Positions 1-12,004 of a stretch of DNA of 64,000 nucleotides are shown piece by piece. The position numbers and the translations under genes were made by a program. The DNA comes from Trichosphaerium sp. ATCC 40318 (taxonomy: Eukaryota; Protista; Tubulinea). The DNA is taken from assembly GCA_038496445.1 (NCBI GenBank), contig JALMLS010000484.1:62001-126000 (forward strand), given 5' to 3'. Each line of letters begins with the position of its first letter. The stretch's first letter is position 1. The notes beneath the pieces are model-generated. The model did not search any database. It saw only the letters and a program-made list of their open reading frames with translations, and was not told where the DNA came from.

Positions 1-3000
1 ACATTCGCTGGAGGAAGTACTCAGGTGGGTGGTAATGAACCTAGCCCCTATTTTTACAATCTTCAAATAAATTTTGGAACAAATATCAACGCCCTACCAA
101 GTGAGTTTTTTTGAATGAATTACAACGTTACCACAGATTACGGATTCCTACTTAACTGTGCACATTTAGGAAATATCGTTGGTTTCCCTGATCTCGTAGC
201 TAGTAGATTTGATCCATACCTCATTTTGATCATCAACAACCAACCAACGATGCTAGAGTGGAGTGGTGCGGTTTAGCAAGATACAATCTTTCTGTTTGTT
301 CAAACTTGTTACAGGCAATGTTACCGTGGATTTGTTGGGTAAAAATATCTTTACGCGAACGAGCCCTGCACTAGCCTATGCTGGACCAAGATCCCCACGT
401 ACAATAAGGGACCTTGGAATAATAACAGAAGTCATTGGCGATAATACTTTTAAAAGTATGCCGCTTAAGTTAATGGTTTTTGGTGGAAAAAACACTCAAG
501 GAACTGTGACAGTCAGTAATAATATACCAGTCAGTTTACAAACTAATTTCAACAATGCTGCAACAAGTTTATTCTTCTTAAGTACGCTAGATTTTTTCCT
601 CACGTGCTATCATTTCACACTCAACTGATGCCATTTTTAGCCAGGATAGATTCATCCCAACTAATTGGAGCATCGAGCGTCCAAAGCTGGATAGATACTC
701 TAGACAAGGATTCCACACATCGAATAGGACATAGTGCTTTCCACGTGATTAATGAACTTGTCAACCCTCCAGATACATTCTTAGAAGGCCATTTTCTCAT
801 ATGGGGAGGCTTTGACGCGGATGCACCTACTATATACTACAACTCATTCGATCAATTCGATTCGGGTACAAAACCAAACAGAAATCAAAGCTCTTTTTGT
901 TTCTAACTTCATTTTCCCAGTAACTAACAGATGGGTTGCAACACCGCCTACACCGGCAGGACAACTCCCTCCAGCACGCGCATATCATACAGCGGTCTAT
1001 ATACTAGAGTCTGTAGATGCTCCAAATGATATTAAAGTCACACGAAACTCGCACATGATTATATTTGGTGGAACTAATGGGAATACAGCATTCAATGATG
1101 TATGGGATTACAATATTGGTAAGAAAACCAAGAAAATTGTCGGATTTTGTATCCTCTAACGACCCTTTTAGTAACAAATGCGTGGACGGAGATTACACCC
1201 CTAGGAACACCTCCATCGCCTAGATATAGGCACAGTGCTGTTATTATGAGTGGATTCCAAGAGGGTACAACTGAATTTTTGGCAGATTCGTTCAAGAAAA
1301 TACTTGTATTTGGTGGACAAACTCAAGATGGAACTTACTTGAATGACTTGTGGACTCTTGACTTGGTTGGTGGTGATTGGACATGGTCTCAACTTAGAAA
1401 CCTTCAAGGCGCTCCTTCACCACGTGCAGGACATGTTGCTATTGGTATAGGATTAAACTATATGATCATTCATGGTGGCGACGATGGAACTCAAGTTTTT
1501 GGGAAAATGCATTTTTTCGGTACGCCTCTTTGTTGTTTTTTTTTTGAAGCTTCATGGTGACTTTGCAAGTCTCTAATTTTTGTTTGTTTTAAAGACTTTG
1601 AGTGTCCGCACTACTGTGAGGCAACTGGATCGTGTTTGAAGTGTGAGACAGACTGTATACATAGAACAACTTGTGATGCTGCTAGACCATTCAAATGTGG
1701 TTTTGAATGTCGTTCAGAAACACCTTTCTCTGTTGGTGGCTGCCTTGAAGGAAGATCAGCAAGCGAATGCCCTTCAAACCTACCTATCCTCTGCCCAGAG
1801 GTACTTACCATTTTTGTACTTGACTCAAATACTAACTGTATATTCCACATCAGGGACAATGTGTTGACGATGAAAAGTTATGCACAGTGTGGCCAAGATG
1901 TCCTCCAAATTATATCAAGTAAGTTAGGATTTCTTTCTACCAGAGGATAGTTCGGAACTGAGACCTCCTTCACAAAATTTCGGCCTATATTTTCTGACCT
2001 TTATTTTCCTTAGGTGTTTGGATGGATCTTGTCACCCGGTAGAATGTCCCGTTGATGTAGCAACTGATTGTTCGAATATCACGTGTTTTACACCAGGTTC
2101 GAATGTTGCCATGTGCGTGACTGAAGAAGAAGAATGTCCTCAAGTAAGGTTCCATGGATGCCTCCCTGGTCAATTCCAATGCGAACAAGGAGGATGCGTA
2201 TTTGACCTTGCGGAATGTATCAATTGTACAACGTATTTATTCGAAGGAAAACCGCTTAACGATACTTGCTCAGTACGCACAACAAACTTGAGGGTTTTTT
2301 TTTGCTTTGAGTTGATATCAACCACAAACTGCATCTCACTCTCACTTACCATTTACCTTTAGCCTGTAATCTGGGACTCTATCCTAACAACAAGTTGGGA
2401 TAGCTCTGATACTACAACTGGTTTGGTTGCAGCAGTGGTATGTTGACCATGAATTAGAGTCAATCAAACATAAATAATTTCGTTCTAGGTTGAAAACAAC
2501 GACCCTACTCTTCCCCTTGTTATTATTGAAAGCAGTGCAAACACAACGTACAAAGGATACGCACTGGAGGTTCCAGAGAGCTTTGTAAGAACCCATATTA
2601 TGCCACACCCAGTTTGGGCTGATTATGAACCGCCTGTACCTTACTTCTTTGGTATCTGGTCGCCTGTTGTTGACATTGTTTTTGATGGTACAGAGGAATG
2701 TTTATTTTTCTTTCTCGTGACTTTTTGTTTTAGCTCCAGTCAATCTTGCGGACACAGTACGGTTTTTCTTCTATCGCAGATTAGCGCCAGATAGGCGCGT
2801 GGAGCGCGTACCTGTGAACCACTATTGCGTCGCTATTGCGTCGCTTATAGAAGATAGGAATGAGACAATACATGGTAACTATGTAAGTTTAAGTTTTAAT
2901 CTCGATTATGAGCTTTTGTGGTTTCTAACTTCTTTTGTTTACTAGACTCATGAGTGGAATTGTCTTATCGATTTTGAATCTCCTAGATCAGATTTCCCTC

Positions 3001-3350
3001 TTACATCAACAATACAAAGACAAGGGCTTGTACAAAGGAGTCTTGTGGGTGGAGTTGTGAGTAACAACAGAACTGATCTCAATGGTATTTATGCTCTTAT
3101 TTTTACACTCCCACGATCGTTCTCTCCACCATTCTCCCCATTGGTACGCTTTAACGTGATCCCCATCTTTTTCAAAACCGAATCATTTACTTTTTTTTTT
3201 TCACGTGCGTGCTCACGTTTTTTTCTTCTTCTTTAGGTTGAAATTGATAAAGAGCCAACTGCTCATATTGTCATCATGGCTACAGCTGGAGCATTATTCG
3301 TAATACTCACTGTGATTGTTATAATCAAGGCAATCAAGCAGAATGTATAA
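1..3350 (+). CDS. Kelch-repeat / Cys-rich single-pass membrane protein (5' end outside window; multi-exon)
   Basis: Kelch motifs (PPARAYHTAV, MIIFGG..NDVWDY, PSPRYRHSAV, PSPRAGHVA), Cys-rich repeats (CPSNLPILCPEG.CV), final exon with hydrophobic TM (HIVIMATAGALFVILTVIVII) and TAA at 3348-3350; colinear with the paralog at 21524-25597. Confidence 0.85.
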
Positions 3351-3627
3351 CTCATTGTACAAATGAACCATTATTGCCTTACCAAAAAAAAAACTAAACA
3401 ATTGTTGTAAACACACTCTGAAGAAAAACCCCACAGAGAATACCAACAGAAAAATATTAAATAAACTAGAGAAATTTATTATCATTAAACAGTGTTTTTA
3501 CTTTATAATGAGTATTGTACAGAAACCTAAATTAGCCTTGAAATCAACAATTTTTCTGGATAAAATTATCCACACTTTTTTCACGCAAGATCATCGTGTT
3601 GTTCTGGAATATATTACACTTCCTCCT

Positions 3628-4359
3628 TCATCTTACAAACCAAAAGTATGCAACTATTATCAGTACCAAATAGAATAACCACTTGAAGTTTATAGGTTTC
3701 CTCATGTTGTACTCTTTTCGCAGTTTTGCTTCACTAGCATAAGCTGAATACCCAAACTTGCCAAGTGTATTATGAAACTCCACATCACATAATATGTATC
3801 TATTATCAACCATAGCACCCTGACAATCTACAATAACAGGTACATCATCAGAAAGCATTGATTGTTGTAATGCACGAAGAATAGGATGAGCTGAAATCAA
3901 ATGAGCTGTTCTATGAGTAATATCTTGTCTGTTTCCGGATATAAACTTTGTAAATCCCTTGACATAGTTCTCAACCCATAAACGGACACGTTTACCTTTA
4001 TACTCACCAACAAGGATACGAAATTCATTACAAGCAACTGTGTCTCTATGTTTACTTTTCAGCAAGTATTGTGTGAGAAAAGAGTAGTTTTTGAAGATTT
4101 CATTAATGTGCGAATCGTCAAGTATGACTGTCTTTCCTTGGTCCTTTGTATAGCATTTAAGAGCAACTTGTGAGCTATAGCTATGCTTTGCGTTGAGTGC
4201 GCACTTATACACGAGGTGCTCTGAAGAAATATGTTTTACTTTTCTGAAAAACCATCTTTTTATCCTTATAGTGTATCTTACAGCTGGAGATCCTTCCAGA
4301 TGAAATGTTGAGTTTTTAATCCATTCTACAAATTCATTTACAGGTATTCTTATCGCCAT
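3628..4359 (-). CDS. Alpha-kinase-like protein with C-terminal membrane anchor (intronless)
   Basis: 243-aa ORF with alpha-kinase-like motifs VALK, VENYVKGFTKF, VDCQG, ILCDVEFH; hydrophobic tail WLFYLVLIIVAYFWF. Confidence 0.7.
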   Translation of the reverse strand: MAIRIPVNEFVEWIKNSTFHLEGSPAVRYTIRIKRWFFRKVKHISSEHLVYKCALNAKHSYSSQVALKCYTKDQGKTVILDDSHINEIFKNYSFLTQYLLKSKHRDTVACNEFRILVGEYKGKRVRLWVENYVKGFTKFISGNRQDITHRTAHLISAHPILRALQQSMLSDDVPVIVDCQGAMVDNRYILCDVEFHNTLGKFGYSAYASEAKLRKEYNMRKPINFKWLFYLVLIIVAYFWFVR

Positions 4360-4489
4360 TACGTTACAAGGCCTCTTTTACCGCGTACCAGTACAAATAC
4401 AATGACACTTGACCACGCAGGACTGTGTTTGCTGAATTCTCGCTTGATGGCCAATTTTTTTGTTCTGTTGTACTCAGATCAGACCACCA

Positions 4490-5559
4490 ATGGAGCAGAA
4501 GCAACCCTTACGTAAAGTTGCACTTACAACTTCGGCATTGAGCAGGTCTGATGGCTCTTGTCGCTTATCATTTGGTAAAACCACCATATGCGCTGGTATA
4601 CAAGGACCAACAAAGTACGAGATGTTATTTTTCTCAAAAACCGACAAAAACATTTAATGCTCTCAAACCGCTTTTATACGCACCAAATATGGTGTCAGAT
4701 ATCCATAACACTCAATATAATTCTTACACGCTCAGAGTATCACGAAAAAGAGAAAAAATCGACAAAGTACGCTGAAACAACTTCTTTAGCGTTTATCCTT
4801 ACATAATTAGGCACATATTCGTTGTATTGTCAACCATGCCCAAATTGCCCAAAAACGAGCGTCAGCAATTGAAACAGCACCATACGAACGTCTACTACAC
4901 AGCGTAATGTCATCAGTCATGTACGCGTCAAAAAAACAATTCTCGTTTTTACTCTCTTAGCCTCACTGCACTTCACCCACGTACACTCATACAAATTGCG
5001 GTGTCAGTTCTAGAAGACGACGGATCGGTAAGTACAAACAGAGAAAGTCATAAAAACGCGCTGATTACTGTCTCAGGTCATTAGCCACATTATAAACACA
5101 GCAACTATGGCTCTTATAGACGCAGGTTAGACAAGAAAAAGAAATCCATTTTGCACCTTAACCATGCCATTAGGTGTCTCGATGAGTACTACATTAGCAG
5201 CTGTATCAGCCAGTATAGCTGCAGATGGTACGATAAAAATTGATCCGACGAGCGAGGACGAGACAGTACGTCAAAAGGGTGTTGGTGCTTTCAGCCATGT
5301 AGACTTATACCATGTAGGATGCCATAGCAACACTGTGCTTCGTTTTTGATGCGTCATCAACTGTTATCGGGTGCTGGACTAGCGGAGAAGTCACTCCACA
5401 ACAATTTGCTGCAGCACGGTAAGTGTAACCTCGTTTGGAAGTATAGAAAGTGATTGACACTTTTCTTTTTGTAGAGAGTCATGTAAGCAAGCTAGCCAAA
5501 GTATTCGTAACTTGTTTCAGTTGTCTTCCGCTCAGCTTTATGAAACGCCTGTACAATAA
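4490..5559 (+). CDS. RRP46: Exosome complex RNase PH-like subunit Rrp46/EXOSC5 (multi-exon)
   Basis: LSRSDGSCRLSFGKTTICAGIQGP, HPRTLIQIAVSVLEDDGS, INTATMALIDAG, IDPTSEDE; stop at 5557-5559. Confidence 0.8.
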
Positions 5560-5788
5560 ATTTAAAGCCTTTAAAAAACACGTGTCTCTACTCAACGCTC
5601 AAATAAAAACTTGACAGCTTGCTGTAAATTGACATGTCGATATTCAAAATACGCAATGTGACATGTTGTTGAAATTTTTGTTTTCAAAAAAAGAGAGTAG
5701 AAAATGCGTCAAGTAGACGGTTTTTGTGTAAACATTACGTTTGTTTTATTTTTTCTTTTTTTTACAAGATACCCAAATTGCAAGGAGT

Positions 5789-6503
5789 TTAAATGTTGCT
5801 AGGGTACAAGAAAACGCGGACTGTGCTGCCCATAGCTTGTGGAGGGAGGTTGCGTCGGAACTTTGCGCGTACTGTTCCTTTAGTACCGTGGGCTCTAAAG
5901 AAATGGTGTCAATAAAGCATTCAACGCCATCAATAACGTAAAGCAGTTTTATATCAATTTTGTAGCGCATAAACGCAGAAAAACGCAAAAAACTGAGTTG
6001 TAAAAAAAAAAAAAAAAATTACAACGCACCTGACTACTTTACCCCATCGGCATCTCAATTCCTTTTTGCCAAGGTCTTTATCCTTTTTGCTCTTGTACAC
6101 CCAAGCGATGTATTTTCCGAGGTAAAATTGGGTATCTTTTTTCGAATCGCATCCATCAATCGAAACCAAAGCGTATTTCTCGGTTTGTCTGTGCTTCAAG
6201 CGGATATATCCTTTGAAAATGCCTTGGGTATAAAGTCTGGAAAAGAGTGAGAAGAAGTGATATCGTAGCGTTTAGGGATTGAATTTGAGCGTTTTGAGCA
6301 GTTACAGCGTAATTGCGTGATTAAAGTTGGAATGCTGTTTAATTACATTTGAGCCGCAATAGTTACGTCTTGGTGTAACAGCAGGCCCATACGCAACAAA
6401 AAAGAGAGGTACGGCTGATTTACCTTGGTCGCCTTTTGTTTAGGTCCTTTGGCTTGTCTGCTGAATCACCAGCCTTGTCTGTACCTTTACCTTTCGAGGA
6501 CAT
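5789..6503 (-). CDS. RPL35A: 60S ribosomal protein L35a (eL33), 3 exons
   Basis: [47 protein letters not shown]...VFLYPSNI*. Confidence 0.95.
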
Positions 6504-7089
6504 TTGAATTAACCCTACTGATGCACAATGGTGAAAGTGATAAGAAATGCCTTAAGCGGCACTGAATATAAGTCAGCTTGCAAGTTTGTCAAGCGTTGTT
6601 CTACTTCTCGCACATCACCAATCCTTTGTAAGTGTAATAATTGAAGTATTACGTGTAAATACGCTTACTTCGTTGGGTCGTTACGTTTCGTGTCAAGAAA
6701 CATGTATGTACCCCGTTATTAGCTGCTGGCGCTTGTTTATTGTATCTCATGCGTTTTACGTTTTTTTTCTACGCTACCAGCTGTTTCGCTAGCTTCACTG
6801 TTGCAATATCCTTCTTGCGTGCCATTGAGACTATATACTACCCTGTGCAGTACGCACTAACTCAAATTTTGGCGCGGTTAGGATGTAAAACGATAACGCA
6901 GTTAGAGTGGTATTTTGGCTTGTTGTACAAGTTTGTTAACTAAAACGTGCTCATGTTAAACGTAATTTCAGAGGATAGCTCTAAGATGGCGGCAAAAGTT
7001 TAATCCACTTCACCGAAGAGATTGGGTTTCGCACATACAAGGTACTCACTGGAGCATTTTAAATTTAAGGACACAAGTTCTATTCAAGT

Positions 7090-8413
7090 TTAAGCCTGAA
7101 TTAGCGCTTGCTTGTTGCTTTTAATTATTTTATCACTACTTATACAATCTACACGTGATTTTACAATGCGAATACCAGGTACCCAAGTTCCACACCTGTG
7201 TTTAAATAGTTAATAAGAAGAAGAAAGATAGACAAAAAAAATGCAAAAAAAAAAAAAGTGACACGTGCCCACATTGTACAGATGACCATTGAAAGTAACC
7301 AACTTTTACAGAGCATTTTGGGCAATGTAACTTACCCTCAGTATCACCCATCCAAGGTAATGGTTCATCAAAATAAAAAGCATTACATTTTCTCTCAATC
7401 TCAATATTTTCTTGTTTTCGATCATTTGAATTTTGTGATTTAGTTGATGACATTATCAATGACTTATGTTGTTCATGTGAATGAGGCCTTGGATGCCTTG
7501 ATACATAATAACCTGTACCAGAATGTTGGCTTCCACGGCATTTTGCACTCTGTTGAGCAGCTTGCCGACGTTCCTTTTTCCTCTGTCTCTTTGAAGGCAA
7601 GGCCTTCTTCACAAGAGATTTCATTGTCTCTAGTGATGCCAATAATGCCTCATTTGTCTTTTGAACCTCTTTAGCTTGATTCATACATATATCTAACTGA
7701 TCTTCAACATCACAAGATGCAACACGACCAATCTGTTGAATGAGGTCGGATATCGCTTTTTGAGCCTCTTTTTTGGATTTCAAGAAAGTCTCTTTATTCT
7801 TCTCTATTTGTCGTTTTTCTTCTTGTAATGCTTTTGTATTCTTTATACTATCCGCCATTGATATATCAAATTGCCTGTGTCGATGAAAAACAGTGATAGC
7901 GCTGTAAAAATGGTCATTATTGGTATTTTGGGAAACTTTTTCTATTTTCGAGATTCGTTCAAGAAATGCTTTAGCTGTGTATTCTTTGGTCTTTTCTTGT
8001 TGTGGTGCCAAGTCTGGAGCATCATGTTCTACAGCGTCGCTTCGCGTAAATAGTACAGTTCTACATGCTTTGCAGTGAACCTTTGCAGCCAGATCGTATT
8101 GTTTCTGTCGCTCTAGTTGAATATTTAACGCTTCAACCGCTTCTTTTTCTGACATTTTCTTATGGTGTAGCAAATAGAACAATGCAGCCGCGAAACAGCG
8201 CGACATACCATCCAGGTGCTGAAATTGGTGTTTATACGTTGTTGTAAGAAGAAATACAGCATAGTTGTTGAAATACGCGTAAAAGTCCTGTAGACTAAGA
8301 TCAGGTACTGATACATCGAAATCAGCCGCTACTGTATCATTACTAATCTTGTAAACGACTTGAGTATCAAAAGGCGTTACAACTGCAACGTCAGTGTTCT
8401 GTATAAGTTCCAT
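7090..8413 (-). CDS. Yvh1/DUSP12-like protein with Zn-binding C-terminus and degenerate phosphatase loop; 5' end uncertain
   Basis: HCKACRTVLF, CNAFYFDEPLPWM, GKLHCPKCSVKVGYFQWSSVQC, then across a GC-AG intron (7196-7268) GCGTWVPGIRIVKSRVD; upstream DGMSR loop. Confidence 0.8.
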
Positions 8414-8785
8414 TGTAGTACCAAGGTATTTAGCGTACGATTGGTAATTTAACAACGCGGAAAATTACGTGAAACTGCGAAGGTGTAATGTAGAATTGTT
8501 TTCTGATAAAGAGAACGCAATTATCACTTCCGAGGTAAAATCCGCACAGTACATTAACTAACTAGGTAGTCATATGATTTGGATATTAAAGCAATTCAAG
8601 CACATGATATTTCTTCGGAACACTATATCGATGACACGTGACTGCTCATTTAATATTTCTGTTGTGCATTTCATGCTCAAACAAAACCAACAGATATGGA
8701 GTTGTGTCAATAATTTTAATGAGCAATAAAATAAGGGAAGGAAATATTTAGGGTTAAATGATTTTTTTTAATAAGTTTTTTTGGT

Positions 8786-11345
8786 TTACATTTCTCCTTG
8801 TCCTACAACATCATCGATCTTTAGAATCATTTTAACAACTTGTGCAGCGAGGAGCAATTGTTGTTTCTTAGCGATGAATGGTTCACAAACGTTCTGGGCT
8901 TTCATATCTAAGCAACACGTGTAAGTCACCAAAATTTTTGAAACAAAAAGAAAAAAAACACTTCGCCGTTTGCCCAAAATTTGGCTTTAACGACAGGTGT
9001 CTGTCACGAACGCCGAGTAAAAAACTAATTCTCAAAAGGAAAACAAAGAAATCAATAACGTACCATTTGTTCCCTTTGAGAGACAATCAATACCAAGACG
9101 TGGATTACCAGTCTTTGCTTGAGCGGATTTTACAGCTGCCAAAGTTTCGATACCAGGCAAACCACTGTTCTCAGCCAATGCCAATGGGACAGCGTCCAAA
9201 GCATCAGCAAAAGCACGCATAGCGTATTGCTCAATAGAAGAGATCTAAAACAAAAAAACATTAAACACAAGCTTCCGAAACAAGTATTTTTGTCGTCGTT
9301 TTTTTTTTTTTGTTCGTACCTTATCAGCTTCTTCTGATACTTTGAGAGAGCAAGCAATTTCAGCTGCACCACCACCGTATACGACACGGTTATCTATGAT
9401 AAGATTTCTTACAGTGCAAAGAGCATCATGTACACTTCTCTTGGCCTCATCGACCAACATTTGGTTTCCACCTCTTACAAAAATGGTGACGGCTTTTGAG
9501 TTTGGACATCCCTTGATAACAATCATACGATCCTTTGTAGTACCAAAGCTGTGTTCAGTTACGCTAGCAGCAGTACCCAATGCTTTGGCGTTCAATTCTT
9601 CAAAACGTGGAACAATACGTGCGCCAGTAGCGATAGCGATCAACTAAAGATGAAATAAGCAACTACAACAGAATAGGACTTGTTTAATGAAACAAAGAGT
9701 CCAAAAACGGTTCTACGTACTTCAATCTCTACACCACCGATCCACCTTACGGCTGGGATGCCATTGGCGTACAATAAGTGGTTGGCTTCATCATCGAAAC
9801 CCCATTGGCAGAGGGCGAGGTTACAGCCACTGTCTTTAACCTTTTTGACCATCTCTTTGAAGTATTCTTTCTCCATTGATGCCAATTTATTGTAAGCTTC
9901 AACATCCTTGATAATGGTTTCAGTCTTTGTCTTGGTCTTTGGTGGTTCAAATGGGCAAGTTAGGACGCATCTAGTAACAAGTTTTAGTACCACGTAAAAC
10001 AAGTACAACTACGCGTACAATTTTACGTCTTTGAGATCTTTTGGCATTTGTGGGTGACTGAACTCCTTGTTTTGTACGACAATACCATCAACCAAAGCGG
10101 TATCTTCTAATCTGCCACCTATTCAACGCGTTTAGAAAAAACCACAAAACAAATAAAGCAAGAATCATCAAAAACAAAGGATTCGCCAAAAAAAACGTAC
10201 CAACGCGACCAGAAAGCTTTATCATATCCAAGTTTACGTCCTTTCTCTCCAAGTCAGCAACAGAAAGCACAGCCTTTACTGTAATTTCTCCCAACTTACG
10301 ACCGCACTTGTTTACTCTACAATCAAGTTAGTTTACCCAAAAAACACCATCAGGAAACAAATAAAAAATCAATTTCTTGTTTCTGAGACACAGATCAATC
10401 TTTTGGTTATTTTAACAGTGGGACGTAATTGACAGGTTAACGTACACCTTGGAACTGAGGCAAGTGGTAGCAAGATCAACGAGTCCATCAATTTTATCCT
10501 TAGACCACTCGAGCTTATCAGTAATCTCTTCCAAGTAGCTTGCGCAGATCTCAGCAGCTTTTTCAAAACCCTTGGCGATACGGAGAGGGTGAATACCGCG
10601 ATCCAAAAGAGTACCAGCGCGTTCTAGTAGAGCACCAGCTAGAACGACAACAGATGTTGTACCATCACCAATTTCGTTATCCTAGGCGTATCAATAGGTA
10701 TACAAACGCGATAGAAAATACACACATAATTTTTTCTCTTTTTTGGTGTAATTTTTCAGATTTCGCTTAAAAATCTTTCAAAAAGCGCTCACCTGCGACT
10801 TGGATAGGTCAACCATCAATTTAGCAACTTGATCCTTGACAAGCATGTTGTCCATTATTGTAGCGCCGTCATTGGTTACAGTAACGTCTCCGTCTGGGCT
10901 TACCATGATTTTGTCCATACCTACATCGTGTGACGTTAGTACTGAGAATCAACGGCGCGAAATAGGGTTTTAAAAAGTGGTGGGTTTCCAGCGAAATTAC
11001 ACTCAATTTTGTCGGTTCAAGAAGCCGCTCAGGCGCTAAAACGCCATGAAATATTATGTAACGCATTTTTTTACGCTTGCTGGGGCGTTTCGCTTTGCTT
11101 TAAGAGTTTTTAAAAAGTTTACGAACCTCTTGGTCCAAGGGATGTTTTTAGTAAGTTAGCAACGGTTCTGGCAGCGAGGATGTGTTTCTAAAGTAGTGAG
11201 AATACAGCAAAAAATCGATTAACTTCGCCTTCAAGTTTTAACACGTTAAAACACTCACCTTTTGAGCGTCTTTGCCTGTGATACGCTTTTGGTCCTGGGC
11301 TCGTAGTACAATGAAAGGGCGTCCGTAGTCATCGAAGGTTAGCAT
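8786..11345 (-). CDS. CCT5: T-complex protein 1 subunit epsilon (multi-exon)
   Basis: [12 protein letters not shown] start, [47 protein letters not shown]. Confidence 0.97.
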
Positions 11346-12004
11346 TTTGTAATGTGTTAAGAAGACGATTGCTTTGGTTAGAGGTCACAAAAAAAAAGGA
11401 CATGACTTAAAATAGCGCTATAAGTCGCGGAGCTGTACTTTCGGCAAAGAACCAAAACAAAAAACAATATCAATACCGTTGTTGTTGTTTTTCATATAAA
11501 AAAAGGGCCATACTCTTGCTCTTGCAAAGCAATTTAATAAACTCCAAGGAGGGGCGCAAACTATTAAAATACAGTGCTTGTGCTAGCTACTTTGGCCCAG
11601 ATGGCAAACGTGCACGTCACGTACGTTAATTTTGATCAATTGTGGAGTAGGCTTTGTTTGTAGCAAAAAAAAAAAAAAAACAACAAACAGCGTAAATTGC
11701 TGGTTTTTAATCAATGCCCAAGTAAATACCCTTGCATTTGTCACAATACTTGTAGTGTGCCAAGCTCTACGCCGTTACCTGTTGGTAGCAATAAAACGCA
11801 ACACTCACCTAACCACCGGGGGATTGAAGCTCTATCACCTAAAAACGATGCTATTTACAAGGACAGGAAGGAGGTTCGCCAATGCGTTGCTTTTAACCGA
11901 AATCGAGCATCAGATTTTTCAACGGGTTACAAAGTAACAGATTTTAGCTATTCATCAAGAAAACAATATCCCCCATCGGTTCGCCATTGACTGATAACTT
12001 TACA

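Noticed and set aside
2822-2845. 11-bp tandem repeat ctattgcgtcg as a frameshifting duplication
   Set aside because: It reads in frame as YCVAIAS and aligns with YCVAMAT in the paralog
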